Below are positions 23,990 through 34,531 of a stretch of DNA of 36,264 nt, piece after piece; the stretch's first letter is position 1, and each line of letters begins with the position of its first letter. The notes beneath the pieces were generated by a model. It did no database searches and was not told the origin of the DNA. It saw only the letters and a list, made by a program, of their open reading frames with translations. The position numbers and the translations under genes were made by a program. This DNA is from a virus (lineage: Duplodnaviria > Caudoviricetes): the IMG/VR virus record IMGVR_UViG_3300024518_003409, positions 1 through 36,264 of that record. One strand, 5' to 3'.

Positions 23990-26037
23990 TGGGTTTCCAA
24001 CCGATGCCGCTGGTGGACTTCGAGGGTATGCACCAGGCGAAAGAGAGCCTTATCTCTCCGCCGAATGCCTTCGAGACGATCACTAACGGCCATGTTCGCA
24101 GAGGGCGCCTGCATAAGCGGGAGGGGTACGGGTTCAAGCAAAAGCTAGGAATCTCCTACACTGATCAGATCGGAACCCTAGGCAGCACTAACTATGCCTT
24201 CAATATTCCAGACCTCGGCCTAGGCACTGAGATCTTGCGGCCGTTCACTACCTATGAATCGGGATTCTATAACATCACGATAACGGCAACGGGCGCTAGT
24301 GGTACGATGACCTATGTGCTCGGCCCTGACACTGATCCGCTTACCGTATACACGGCAGGCTCTGAGGTGATTCAATACCGGCTGTACGCGCTCGCGGATT
24401 GGGCGACACTCTCTAATCCTCGCGGCACGTTCGATTGGTACTGCCCGGAAGAGGCGTCTGATCTCGGTAATGCGTGGGTATATCCGGGCGTGATTGATGT
24501 CACCTTTGCCGAGACAACCACGAGTCACCCTACTGTCACCTATGAGCGTCACATAGACCTCCCCGTAATGGGCTCGGCCACATATCGCTACATTGATGGC
24601 GTGGAATACAATCTGGCATTTAACGAGAAACGGGCTTGGCTTCTCAACGATAACGAAGATCGTTATATGCCCCTCGATCACACGATCAATCACGCGACGC
24701 CATCTAATGCGGCGAATGATCTCTGGAGCGGTGGCGATGAAGACTATTTCTGGTGCAATCCTTTCCGTGAGATCCTTGTAATCAATAACGGCGTTGACGC
24801 GCCGTGGAAGTTTGATCCAGTAGCAGGCCCTCCGCAGCTCGTAGCGATGGCAACTAATTTCGACGGCACTCCTGGCGATGATATCGACGCGGCGCAGATA
24901 GCCCTCGATGTGCTGGGTTACCTCGTCTATTTCAATATCAAAGAGAGCGGCACTTGGCAGCGCGGGCGAGCTCGCTGGACGCAACACGGCAATGCAGAGG
25001 TTTTTGACAACGCGCTCACCTATCTCGACATTCCCGGCAATGAGTCAATCACATCAGTAGGCGTGGTCGACGGTGAGATCCTCGCTAGCTGTCAGTCTGA
25101 CACTTCCCCTTGGTGGCGATTCGTCGCGACGACTAACGCGGCAGATGCGTTCAGATGGGAACCTGTAAAGGCTGAGAAGGGCGCGATCTCGAAGGATGGC
25201 ACGATAGCCCTCTCAGATCGTGTGATCTCCAAGACCCGCTGGGGTCTGTTCTCTGCCTCTCGAGTGGGGCAGCGCAACGAGGCGCCGCAACTGGGCGATG
25301 TGCCCCTGAAGTGGAACGCGGATAAAGCCTATGTAGGCCAGTCTCTTCGCTATGACGAAGCGGGGCAGATATGGTGGTCCTATGTGGACAGGGGCGAGAC
25401 TACTCCTCTCCACGTAGTGGTGATGCAGAGGGAGGATACAGGCTCCCCTAAATTCTCGATCTACGATCTGCCGTTCCATACCCTCGGCTCTTACCGGAGC
25501 TCAGGCGTCACAACGTGGGACAGCATCAATAAGCCATGGGATGACATCCTTTACAGTTGGGATAACCCGAACCTGCAAGGAGGATTCCCCAGCATTATCG
25601 GCGGGGATCTAGTTGGCAATATCTGGCAATTTAACGGTCACACGTCCGACCAAACCAAGCACCCGCTGACGGATACAGGCCAGGCGCGATACGGGGCCAC
25701 AGCTATACCCTTCTCGGCCAAGACTGAGCGCCTCTCCCCGTTCCCCGGGCAGCAGGTTCTACTCGGCTGGCTGGACATCTTGCTTGTGCCTCAGAGCGGC
25801 GGCGTGCTCAAGGTCAAGCTCTCGGCCGACTGGGAAGCGGCGGCGTATCTTCAGGAATCAATAGACATCGACCCAGGCACATCGACAGCCTCTAAGCGCC
25901 TAGTTCGAATCCGGGTAGATCATGTCGCCGATGTAGCTCACACGATAGAGCTCATCGAAGAGACCACGGGCGGGCTCATCATTGACGGCGTTATCCCTTG
26001 GTTCAAGCCGATGGGACCAGTGGGGCCGACGGCATGA
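23989..26037 (+). CDS. Tail nozzle / tubular B / P22 gp10-like stabilisation protein
   Basis: 682 aa beta-rich; P.AF....N......L.KR.G N-terminus; NNGVD.P; position. Confidence 0.7.
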   Translation: MGFQPMPLVDFEGMHQAKESLISPPNAFETITNGHVRRGRLHKREGYGFKQKLGISYTDQIGTLGSTNYAFNIPDLGLGTEILRPFTTYESGFYNITITATGASGTMTYVLGPDTDPLTVYTAGSEVIQYRLYALADWATLSNPRGTFDWYCPEEASDLGNAWVYPGVIDVTFAETTTSHPTVTYERHIDLPVMGSATYRYIDGVEYNLAFNEKRAWLLNDNEDRYMPLDHTINHATPSNAANDLWSGGDEDYFWCNPFREILVINNGVDAPWKFDPVAGPPQLVAMATNFDGTPGDDIDAAQIALDVLGYLVYFNIKESGTWQRGRARWTQHGNAEVFDNALTYLDIPGNESITSVGVVDGEILASCQSDTSPWWRFVATTNAADAFRWEPVKAEKGAISKDGTIALSDRVISKTRWGLFSASRVGQRNEAPQLGDVPLKWNADKAYVGQSLRYDEAGQIWWSYVDRGETTPLHVVVMQREDTGSPKFSIYDLPFHTLGSYRSSGVTTWDSINKPWDDILYSWDNPNLQGGFPSIIGGDLVGNIWQFNGHTSDQTKHPLTDTGQARYGATAIPFSAKTERLSPFPGQQVLLGWLDILLVPQSGGVLKVKLSADWEAAAYLQESIDIDPGTSTASKRLVRIRVDHVADVAHTIELIEETTGGLIIDGVIPWFKPMGPVGPTA

Positions 26038-26501
26038 ATATTCCGCCTCTATCTCTCGAGCTCCGCAAGGATGAGGACCTCGCTAGCTACATGGACGCAA
26101 CAGCAGAGCAGGCGGATAGGAACTTCCGCGACCTCTCTCGCGCGGTAAACGCTAATGCCCTCGACGAAGAGATCTCGCACTCTACCTACATCCCTGCGCT
26201 AGGTGTTCAGGAGTTCTTCGCGATCTCACATAAGCCACGGCACATCCGCTCGATATGGCATGGCATCAATACGGGCGTTGCCACTTTCCGCGTTCGTATC
26301 GGGGGCTCTGCGAGCTACCCGAATCGCTTCATTACTTGGGACACGGCAGCCGGCAACCTACTCAGCACGACAACTACCCCAGCATTCGATACGAGTACAG
26401 GCGACACGGGCCTAGTGTATCCGGGTGAGTGGCTGCTCTCGATTATCGTATCAGCAGGCAGTGGGCCCACGGGCTTCGCGTTTACTTTGAGGACTGGATA
26501 A
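26034..26501 (+). CDS. Hypothetical virion protein
   Basis: ATGA overlap; typical post-nozzle gene. Confidence 0.55.
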   Translation: MNIPPLSLELRKDEDLASYMDATAEQADRNFRDLSRAVNANALDEEISHSTYIPALGVQEFFAISHKPRHIRSIWHGINTGVATFRVRIGGSASYPNRFITWDTAAGNLLSTTTTPAFDTSTGDTGLVYPGEWLLSIIVSAGSGPTGFAFTLRTG

Positions 26502-26502
26502 A

Positions 26503-26868
26503 ATGAATGACGCCGACCGCTGGGGGCCTCTAGACCTCCTACTAGAGACAGGGCAACCACAGGGGCAGCAGATGCCACAAGGGCAGCCTATGGCCGCGCA
26601 GGGGCAGCCTCAGGCTACTCAAGGGCAAATACAGGCGCCGCAATGGCAGCCTCAAGAAGAGCCCTCGGGCCTCGATAAGTTCCAGCGCTGGCTCGCGTCT
26701 CCTGAGTATCGAGGGCTCTCGAATATGATCGACGCCAACTATGCGAGAGCGGCTCAGCCCGGCCATATGTACAGGCAGAACATCACTCCCGGAGCGCCGC
26801 TACCGAATCCGGGCGCTATGACTTTGCATCGCCTGCTTGCGGCAGGGAACCAAGGAGGGTGGAGCTAA
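26503..26868 (+). CDS. Q-rich hypothetical protein (possible ejection protein)
   Basis: Low complexity QPQG; coupled to the next gene. Confidence 0.5.
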   Translation: MNDADRWGPLDLLLETGQPQGQQMPQGQPMAAQGQPQATQGQIQAPQWQPQEEPSGLDKFQRWLASPEYRGLSNMIDANYARAAQPGHMYRQNITPGAPLPNPGAMTLHRLLAAGNQGGWS

Positions 26869-27695
26869 TGGGCCTCATGGGAGACATCTTCGGCGGAGGG
26901 TCTAAATCCGTCAGCACAATGACGCCCGAGCAGGAGAAGCTAGTTACTCGGCTCTCTTCTGTTGTCGGCGCTAATGTTCAGCACGGTGTGGACGCCTACG
27001 ATGGGCAGATAGCAGCGGGCGCCACAGGGAATCAGACTGCCGCATTCAACGCGGCAGGGGGCCTCCTAGGCAACGCTAGCGGGCATGTGGGCACAGGGGC
27101 AGCATCGCAGCAAGCGCTCTCGGGTCAACCCGCTTGGCAATCGAACCCGCAGGGTATGAACGACTATTACGATCAGTCGATCTACTACCCCTCGCGGACG
27201 AAATTCAATGACACTTTGCGCGATCTCGATCACCGATATGGAGCTCGCTTCGGCCAGGGCGGAGCGCAGATGGAAGCAGCGGGTCAGGCTGCGTCTGATT
27301 TCGAGTCAAACATGGCAGCCCAGCGCGGGCAGATGATCTACGGCGATGTGCAGGCTCAGCGGCAGGCGGCAGAGAATGCGGCAGGGCGGCAACTGCAGGC
27401 CGTGGGGGCTGTTAACGCGGGTAACGCTCAGGCTAATCAAATGCGCCTAGGCAACCTCGGGATGCTCTCGGGACTAGGCGGGCAGGAGCGCTCGATCAAC
27501 GCTCAGGGCCTCGCTGAGGACTACGGCAAGTGGGAATATAGCCAGGACTACAACAACCCTTGGCTCGGCATGGCAGGCACAGCGCTCAGCGCTCAGACTA
27601 AGGCGAATGTTCCGAATCAGGGGATCATGGGCGGCATCATGCAGGCAGGCGCGGGGCTCGGGGCTCTAGCCGGCGGAATCAAGAGCTTTTTCTAG
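26868..27695 (+). CDS. Putative DNA ejection / pilot protein
   Basis: G/A/Q-rich, FGGG N-terminus, hydrophobic Gly-rich C-terminus. Confidence 0.6.
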   Translation: MGLMGDIFGGGSKSVSTMTPEQEKLVTRLSSVVGANVQHGVDAYDGQIAAGATGNQTAAFNAAGGLLGNASGHVGTGAASQQALSGQPAWQSNPQGMNDYYDQSIYYPSRTKFNDTLRDLDHRYGARFGQGGAQMEAAGQAASDFESNMAAQRGQMIYGDVQAQRQAAENAAGRQLQAVGAVNAGNAQANQMRLGNLGMLSGLGGQERSINAQGLAEDYGKWEYSQDYNNPWLGMAGTALSAQTKANVPNQGIMGGIMQAGAGLGALAGGIKSFF

Positions 27696-27705
27696 AGAGG
27701 CGTGA

Positions 27706-28896
27706 ATGGGCATCTACGACGGAATCCTCGGCAGACCATCAGCGCCAGCGCCTCAACAGAGCGCTCCTATCGGGCCTCTCGGCTACGCAGCGGAGGGGTT
27801 CGCGCTCGGTCAGCAGCAGCGGCAAGACAAGAGCCAAGCGCAAGGAATCATCCAGCAAGCGCAGGGCCAATTTCAGGCCATAGGAACGCCTGAGGCGCTC
27901 CAGATGAGCGATCTACTAGCTCGAGATCCTCAGACAGCGGGAGCTATGGCGCGGCAGGCTGGAGGCTTTGGGAAGCTGGCGGAGGGGTATCAGGCGAAAG
28001 CTTATCAGGAGACTATCGGTCAGATATTCAACAGCGGTGGAGGCTTTCGGGACGCCATAGAGGCGGGGGTGCCACCAGATCTAGCCCTGGAAGCTCAGAT
28101 CAAAATGAACAAGGCCAACGAGGTGGGGCCGGTACAAGGGGTATTTGACCCGAGCACAGGCATGACGACGACCGAGCTCAGGGGCGACGCTATAGGCAAG
28201 CCTCAGAGACCCGCTGGGGGCCTAAACGTCACACTGCCAGACGGAACGCGGATAAGCCAAGGGGGCTCGGGAGTTGGCGGGCTGCAGAAGGGGACGCAGA
28301 AAGCCCTTGAGGGTGACATCGTCAAAACAGACGAGGCCCAGTTTCGGCTCAATAACGCGGTTACGAAATACTCCCCTGATCTCCTCACTGCGGGAGGTAA
28401 AGGAAAGGCTCGATGGTCTGGCTGGCTGCAATTCCTTGGCGTTGATTTGTCAGAGGAGCAGCTTGCCCACTTGAAGAAATCGAAAGACTTTGAAAACGCG
28501 CTCTCTAGATTCTCGAGCGAGGCAATCCACGAGAAGGCGGGCTCGGCGATGAGTGAGCAGGAGCTTAAGGTAATCCTCCCCGGTATTCCTAACTACGAGA
28601 TGAATTCGACTGATTTCGAGATGTCTGTAGCGAACACATCGCGCGAGCTCATGGCGTTCAATCGGCGGCGGCGTTACCTGCTTAGCACTCAGCAGATTGG
28701 CGCCCGTTATAATTTCACGGGAGGCAACTCGCATATGGGCATCGGCGAGTTTAATCGCCTCTATAGTAAGCGTCGCTCTGAGATCTGGAAGCAGGTAAGC
28801 GGAGAGAGCCCGGATTCTCCAAAGGGTGAACTGATACAGATCACGAACGACAGGATCGAAGCGGAGCTCGACTCGGGGGACATCGATGGCTGGTAA
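27706..28896 (+). CDS. Putative ejection / internal virion protein
   Basis: Helical; GSAMSEQE.....IP motif common in podoviral ejection proteins. Confidence 0.55.
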   Translation: MGIYDGILGRPSAPAPQQSAPIGPLGYAAEGFALGQQQRQDKSQAQGIIQQAQGQFQAIGTPEALQMSDLLARDPQTAGAMARQAGGFGKLAEGYQAKAYQETIGQIFNSGGGFRDAIEAGVPPDLALEAQIKMNKANEVGPVQGVFDPSTGMTTTELRGDAIGKPQRPAGGLNVTLPDGTRISQGGSGVGGLQKGTQKALEGDIVKTDEAQFRLNNAVTKYSPDLLTAGGKGKARWSGWLQFLGVDLSEEQLAHLKKSKDFENALSRFSSEAIHEKAGSAMSEQELKVILPGIPNYEMNSTDFEMSVANTSRELMAFNRRRRYLLSTQQIGARYNFTGGNSHMGIGEFNRLYSKRRSEIWKQVSGESPDSPKGELIQITNDRIEAELDSGDIDGW

Positions 28897-31750
28897 TAGT
28901 GAACCAACCGCAGAGGAGTGGGATGCGATAGACCTCGGGCGCCCGGTTCACTCGAGCCACACTATGGGCGGCGGTGCGAATAACGAGCCCACAGAGGAGG
29001 AATGGGACGCGGCGACCCTGCCGCAGATGCCAGGCACCCCAGCGATCCAGCCCCCTGTAGATCCAAACATCGGACAGAACCTTAGGAACATCGGCCGGCA
29101 ATTTGTCTCAGGCGCGGGAAAGAATGCGGCGGGAGTCGGCGGTTTCATGATGGATCTGCCGGGCCATATCGTGCGCGGCCAGGCGCTCAATGCGCAGTCT
29201 CAAATGCTGCAACACCCAGAGCTTTCAGAGCGCGTGCAGGTGCAGGCTGGCGAGACCTACCCTGCGCCCGTAGATCTGCCCCCTGCTATGACCGGCAACG
29301 CTCAGAAGCTCGAGGCCCCTCTTCGGGAGCTCGGCATAGTCACCGAGGAAGGCCTTGACTCAAAGGAGGGCAGGGCGGCGAATCTCTTGGGCGGCGTGGC
29401 TAGCGATATCGTAGGCATGAATAGCGGTCTCGCTATGGCCAAGCTGGGCGCTAAGGGCGCAGCAAAGCTACCTAGAGCCCTCGCGCTAGCCCGTGAATTC
29501 ACCACTGATTCAATAGGTGCGTTAGCCGGTGATGCTGTGGCATCATCTGTAGGCTCGGAGAATCCCATTGTAGACGGGGCTCTGCGGATGGTGGGCGGTG
29601 TCGGTGGTAGTCTGGCTGCTAATGCTGCGGGCGGCGCTGTGATGGCCTCTAAGCACGCGGGAGATCTTCTGCCGGGTGTGAACAAATACCAAGACGCGCG
29701 AAAGGTTGACAAGGCCTACGGGCCAGCGGCACAGCGACTAGAGACGGCCCTCACTGGGTCGACAGAAGACTTGTTCGAGAAAATCGATGTAGCTGAAGGG
29801 CTAAAGGAGAAATACCCAGGCTGGCAGCCCACGCTTGATACCGTCTCAGACAATCGCGTAGTCAATACGCTGATTGCTCAGATGGGCAAGAAGATACGAC
29901 CGGGGAAGAATGACGGCCCTTCCTTCTTGGCTAAGCGCCTCGAGATCGGTGAAAGCAACGCGGCATATTTGACAGGAGTCATTCGGGGAACGATGCCAAA
30001 CGACGGCACAGGCATAGAGAGCGTTCGCAAGATCCTGCAGGATGCGAGCGACAAGAAGCTGGCCCAGTTCGATAACGAGCTAGGGGTGGCCCTCGATGAA
30101 GCAGCTCGCTCTGTGCCCGAGATCGGCAGGGCTCAGGATTCCTCTAAGGCGATCTCTCGGCTCATGACCGAGGACGCGATTCCTAAAGTGGAGGCGATGT
30201 CGGCCGATCTCTACGCGCCGCTTGTAGGGATGCAAGACGGCATAATGGTGCAGACGACCTCGCTCAAGGACGGGCTAAAGGGCGAGCTCGCAAAGCTAGG
30301 GGAGACAACTACTACCCGGATGGACGGCATCCCCAAGTTCATCCAAGACAAAATAGATGGACCCGACTTCATGTCCTTTGCAGAGTTCCGCGATTTCCGC
30401 ACGGGCTTGAATGACGAGATCCAGATGTCTCTAAATGGCCCGACTCGGAATAACGCACTCGCGAGGATTCTTCAGACGCTGAAGGCAACAACGGATGATG
30501 CTCTCGACGAAGCGATGAAACAAGAGAATTTCCTCCTGCCCGGAGGAGGCAACGCCTCCGCAGTCGCCACCACATACCGAGAAGCCACCGACTTCTACCA
30601 CCAGATGATGAGGACGGTGAAAGACAAAGCCACGGGCTCAGGCAGGATCCTTGACGGCAAGACTGCGCCTAGTGATGCGGCGGCTTCATGGGCCAATCCA
30701 AATGGTGGGAAGTATGACGAGCGAGTCAAGGAGTGGAAGACGACTCGGAACTACTTCCGCCAACTCGGGCTAGCCGATGAGGCAGACGGGCTCGACAAGG
30801 GGATGCGCGACTACCTCTTGCGCGATGCCTACGACTATGGGGGGTTTAATCTCGAGGCCACTCAGGCAGCCGATGTAATTGAGAAGGCCAGCCCCGAGAG
30901 AATGCGCAAATGGCTCCAGAAGAATTCCGAGATGCTCAAGCTATATCCAGAGCTCGCGGTAAGGCTCAAGGACTCGAGCGAGGCAAAGAAGCTGTTCGAC
31001 GCAGCCGGAATCAAGCATGAGACCTCAATCAAGGAACACAACAGAGCCCTAGCCACGACTCTACTCGGCAAGGATTTCCGCGATTCGATCAACACGGTAA
31101 CGCGCGCAAAGGATCCGCTAAAGGCAGTCGCAGAGCTCAAGCGCTTTGCTGGTGGCAATCCAGATCTAGAAGACGGGCTGCGGCGCGCTGTCTGGGATCA
31201 GGTGGTGGATGATATCTTCGAGATTGACCCTGCGAGCGTCTTCACCCCTGACGGTATTCAGAGGCAGGCTAGGCCGGATCTCGTTCTAGACAGATTGAAG
31301 CCTGAGCCGATCCGAGACCTACTTACCGGGCTGATGGGTAAAGAATACTATGACGAGCTAGTAGAGATGGCGTCACTCGCTAATCGTAACGCGGCAGCCA
31401 AGATGCCGAACACTGCCTACGCTCATCTCGACGAGGTCGAAAATCCGGGCATGATTGCGGCGGTTCTCCATAACTCCAAGCTAGGCGCTGGAGTGGTCGC
31501 GAAAGCAGCAGCGGGCAGCACGGCCCTGTTTCGCCAGATGACTAACGTCATGAACGAGGTGGAAATCCTTGAAGAGATGGGCAGAGCCGTCATGGACCCG
31601 CCCTACTTAAAGAAGCTACTCGCCAATGCGACAGAGGAAGAGGTCAAGGCTCACGTCCGACGCATTCGGGCTACGGCCAGGCCAGCGGCGATCTATGCAG
31701 GCAGCGGCAGGCACGTAGAAGACAAGAGCGAGCAAGACGACACTGAATAA
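28886..31750 (+). CDS. Large ejection / internal virion protein
   Basis: 954 aa, Gly/Ala-rich hydrophobic segment near the N-terminus, helical remainder; duplicated EPT.EEWDA at the N-terminus. Confidence 0.6.
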   Translation: MAGNSEPTAEEWDAIDLGRPVHSSHTMGGGANNEPTEEEWDAATLPQMPGTPAIQPPVDPNIGQNLRNIGRQFVSGAGKNAAGVGGFMMDLPGHIVRGQALNAQSQMLQHPELSERVQVQAGETYPAPVDLPPAMTGNAQKLEAPLRELGIVTEEGLDSKEGRAANLLGGVASDIVGMNSGLAMAKLGAKGAAKLPRALALAREFTTDSIGALAGDAVASSVGSENPIVDGALRMVGGVGGSLAANAAGGAVMASKHAGDLLPGVNKYQDARKVDKAYGPAAQRLETALTGSTEDLFEKIDVAEGLKEKYPGWQPTLDTVSDNRVVNTLIAQMGKKIRPGKNDGPSFLAKRLEIGESNAAYLTGVIRGTMPNDGTGIESVRKILQDASDKKLAQFDNELGVALDEAARSVPEIGRAQDSSKAISRLMTEDAIPKVEAMSADLYAPLVGMQDGIMVQTTSLKDGLKGELAKLGETTTTRMDGIPKFIQDKIDGPDFMSFAEFRDFRTGLNDEIQMSLNGPTRNNALARILQTLKATTDDALDEAMKQENFLLPGGGNASAVATTYREATDFYHQMMRTVKDKATGSGRILDGKTAPSDAAASWANPNGGKYDERVKEWKTTRNYFRQLGLADEADGLDKGMRDYLLRDAYDYGGFNLEATQAADVIEKASPERMRKWLQKNSEMLKLYPELAVRLKDSSEAKKLFDAAGIKHETSIKEHNRALATTLLGKDFRDSINTVTRAKDPLKAVAELKRFAGGNPDLEDGLRRAVWDQVVDDIFEIDPASVFTPDGIQRQARPDLVLDRLKPEPIRDLLTGLMGKEYYDELVEMASLANRNAAAKMPNTAYAHLDEVENPGMIAAVLHNSKLGAGVVAKAAAGSTALFRQMTNVMNEVEILEEMGRAVMDPPYLKKLLANATEEEVKAHVRRIRATARPAAIYAGSGRHVEDKSEQDDTE

Positions 31751-31780
31751 AATACTCAGGGGGATCTGGGTAGATGAAAC

Positions 31781-32236
31781 ATGAGACGAATCGGGGCCGC
31801 GTTTGCGGCCATAGTAATAGCCTGCACGCTCGCGTCTATCGCAGGCGCTGACTCTGGCTCGGTAGAGCTGACGAACAAGGTAGGCGGCTCTGGAACATGC
31901 AGAGCAGTTAGGCGAGGGCGCTCCTGCTACTTCGCGGTGCCTACCTCAGGCTCTGGGAATAGTGTCGCCTTCGAGGTGGTGTCGAACCGTGCTGACGTGT
32001 GCGCGACATCAGACACAGCATCGACTACAGACCGGAGTCAAGAGGTCCGTATCTGGAAGGTGATTTCCGCTAGCACTGAGGCGGGATCTGTTCACCCGGT
32101 GGATACGGCATTCTCTCTTACTGACTCAGATAGGGATTGCGCTCCTCTTACCCCCGGCAAGTGGTGGCTTGAGGTAGAGGCGGCGCCAGGCGCAGGCAGC
32201 GGAGGGCTCGTTAGTATCACAGGGAGGGATGCGTGA
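31781..32236 (+). CDS. Secreted beta-rich protein
   Basis: Sec-type signal peptide ending IAGA; four Cys in the mature part. Confidence 0.7.
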   Translation: MRRIGAAFAAIVIACTLASIAGADSGSVELTNKVGGSGTCRAVRRGRSCYFAVPTSGSGNSVAFEVVSNRADVCATSDTASTTDRSQEVRIWKVISASTEAGSVHPVDTAFSLTDSDRDCAPLTPGKWWLEVEAAPGAGSGGLVSITGRDA

Positions 32237-32868
32237 TGCGGAATCTTATCCTTGCTCTAGTGACCACCCTCCTTCCCTTCGTCGCAACCGCTGGCACGTT
32301 CTCGGGTGGTGGTGTTGACACGACTGCCAATATCACTTGGACGGGCAACCACACTTTCGACGGTACGGGCGTTCATGACTTTGATGGTGCCGTCGGGGCT
32401 CCAAGCTTCACCGCTGATGCTAGCGTGGCTCCTACCCTTACCCTCGACTCTGACTCGACCTATGACGGCGAAGGCAAGATCGCAGTGGGTTGGTGTACCT
32501 CTGCCGGCAACTGTGAGATGTTCCAGTCGATAGACGTGGGCGGATCTCAAGTGTCAATGGTGCAGCTCGAAGGATTGGGCGGCACTGGGTATCTCGTGCT
32601 AGGCGGCAACACTGCACCCGGTACGACTCCGACGGATTACATTCTTGTTACCTCAGGCGGGGACATGGAGGCTCAAGGTGCGGCGAATCTCATTGCGGAT
32701 AAGGTGAGGTCAACGAATGCCTCTCCCGTCTCTACTGATTGCGATGAGGTAGGAGAGCGCGGCGAGATCTACATTGACGGTAACGCTGCGTCTGGCGCTC
32801 AATTCTACGTCTGCGCTGGCAACCCTGCTGCCTGGGTGACTATCCCCGACGATACACACACCCACTAA
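32236..32868 (+). CDS. Signal-peptide-bearing fibre-like protein
   Basis: Signal peptide ending ATA; ANITWTGNHTF fibre-type motif; C-terminal C..GEIYID..FYVC..W module. Confidence 0.65.
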   Translation: MRNLILALVTTLLPFVATAGTFSGGGVDTTANITWTGNHTFDGTGVHDFDGAVGAPSFTADASVAPTLTLDSDSTYDGEGKIAVGWCTSAGNCEMFQSIDVGGSQVSMVQLEGLGGTGYLVLGGNTAPGTTPTDYILVTSGGDMEAQGAANLIADKVRSTNASPVSTDCDEVGERGEIYIDGNAASGAQFYVCAGNPAAWVTIPDDTHTH

Positions 32869-34157
32869 TGCACAGACTCCTCCTAGCCCTATCCCTAGCC
32901 CTCCTTGCCTGCTCTCCCGCATCCGGCCAGTCAGTCACAGGCTCGTCTATCGGCGGCTTTCACTCGCCCAATATCCTGCTCGTTATCGTTGACGACATCG
33001 GGAAGAGTCAGCTCGACATCTACGGCGCGGCGTCTACCGAGACGACCGAGCTCGATTCCCTAGAGTCTGCCGGCGTCCACTTCACTCAAACAATTACGTC
33101 GGCGGTTTGTGGCGCCTCCCGCGCTTCTATGTTCTCCGGCCAATATGGCTACAGGACAGGGGTGGGGGGGCCATTCGGCACTGGCTTTGATGAACCAACC
33201 ATCTTCCACGGTTTGCATCACTACGGTGCAGGAGTGGCAGGCAAGGGCGGCTTGGGCGGCGCTGAGTCGAGCACTCAGGACTGGCACCGATTCGGCGCTG
33301 AGATGTATGGCGGATTCCTCGGCCCCGAGGTCACCGACTATACCGACTGGGAGGAAGTCTCATTCACCGCAACGGGAGGCGTATTAGATGCCCCGGCTAC
33401 CGTTACCGCATCAACGACCTACCTCGGTGACTACACGACCGACGAAGCTCAGGCACAGATAGCGGCATTCGAGGCTGCGTCTAATGATCCCTGGATCGTA
33501 GTTGCGAGTTACGCGACCCCTGTACATGCGCCGCTTCACCAGCCACCCGGGAAGAGTTGTACCCCCGTGGCGAATTGCACGGTCGACATGATTGACTACG
33601 GAGACGATGAGCTAACAGAACTCCTCACAAGTGTCGATCTAGCGGATACGCTCGTGATCTGGGTGAGCGACAACGGGCCAACGCCCGGGGGCACATGTAA
33701 AGGCTCGATCAATGACTGCGGCATCAATGTCCCAATGGTAGCTAGCGGGTGGGGGGTAGAAGCTACCGGCGCGATTACTGCTCTCATATCGAGCGCTGAC
33801 ATCTACGCAACACTGATCGAAGTAGGGCAAGGCCAGCAAGCACCGAGCCAGAACATCGACGGGTGTAGCTTCATGCACTTGCTTGACCCGACCAACCTGA
33901 ACGGCCCTTCTGATGGGTGGGATTCGAGCTGCACTCACTCAATCGTCTACGCTACAGGCGGTTCGGATTACGTCGTACAGGATACGGCCGGCTACAAACT
34001 GGTGCGTAATTATTCCACCACTGACGCGCTGTATTTGCTCCCAGATGAGACTACCGACCTATGCTCTGGAGATTGCGACGCCAACCTATCAGGGGCAGAT
34101 CGCACGGCATGGACAGCGCTGGCTGCGTGGTACACCGCAGAGGGGTTTGATCTATGA
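32868..34157 (+). CDS. Exported arylsulfatase-like protein (formylglycine type, partly divergent)
   Basis: PNILLVIVDDIG, CGASRASMFSG, GK, HAP, SDNG, KG, VP, ADIYATL; signal peptide or lipobox LLAC. Confidence 0.85.
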   Translation: MHRLLLALSLALLACSPASGQSVTGSSIGGFHSPNILLVIVDDIGKSQLDIYGAASTETTELDSLESAGVHFTQTITSAVCGASRASMFSGQYGYRTGVGGPFGTGFDEPTIFHGLHHYGAGVAGKGGLGGAESSTQDWHRFGAEMYGGFLGPEVTDYTDWEEVSFTATGGVLDAPATVTASTTYLGDYTTDEAQAQIAAFEAASNDPWIVVASYATPVHAPLHQPPGKSCTPVANCTVDMIDYGDDELTELLTSVDLADTLVIWVSDNGPTPGGTCKGSINDCGINVPMVASGWGVEATGAITALISSADIYATLIEVGQGQQAPSQNIDGCSFMHLLDPTNLNGPSDGWDSSCTHSIVYATGGSDYVVQDTAGYKLVRNYSTTDALYLLPDETTDLCSGDCDANLSGADRTAWTALAAWYTAEGFDL

Positions 34158-34531
34158 GCAAGCAAGACGATAACGGCCCTCCTCTGCTAACTATCGCAGG
34201 CTCAGCCCTCTTCGTCTGCCTAGGCGTGATGGGTTACCTGTACTCGCAAATCCAGGCTTCCGACGCGGCTCGAGTCGAAGAGGCCCATAAATGCTGCTCG
34301 AGCAATAACAGCGAGATAGTAGCTATGCGTAGGATGATAAGGCACGAGCTCGCAGAGATCGCAGGCCATCTCGGCCGGATCGACGGGCACCTTGAGGCCA
34401 ACGCTGCCGCAGCGTCAAGGGGGATCGGCATGGGCACGAGTGCGCTCAACACACTCGGCGCGGTGCTCCACCAGCCAGCGCCATTAATCACAAGGGCGCC
34501 TGCAATAGCGGCGCCAGAGGGAGATGGATAA
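34154..34531 (+). CDS. Single-TM coiled-coil protein (i-spanin- or holin-like)
   Basis: TM at about residues 10-30, then L.RIDG.LE heptads. Confidence 0.55.
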   Translation: MSKQDDNGPPLLTIAGSALFVCLGVMGYLYSQIQASDAARVEEAHKCCSSNNSEIVAMRRMIRHELAEIAGHLGRIDGHLEANAAAASRGIGMGTSALNTLGAVLHQPAPLITRAPAIAAPEGDG

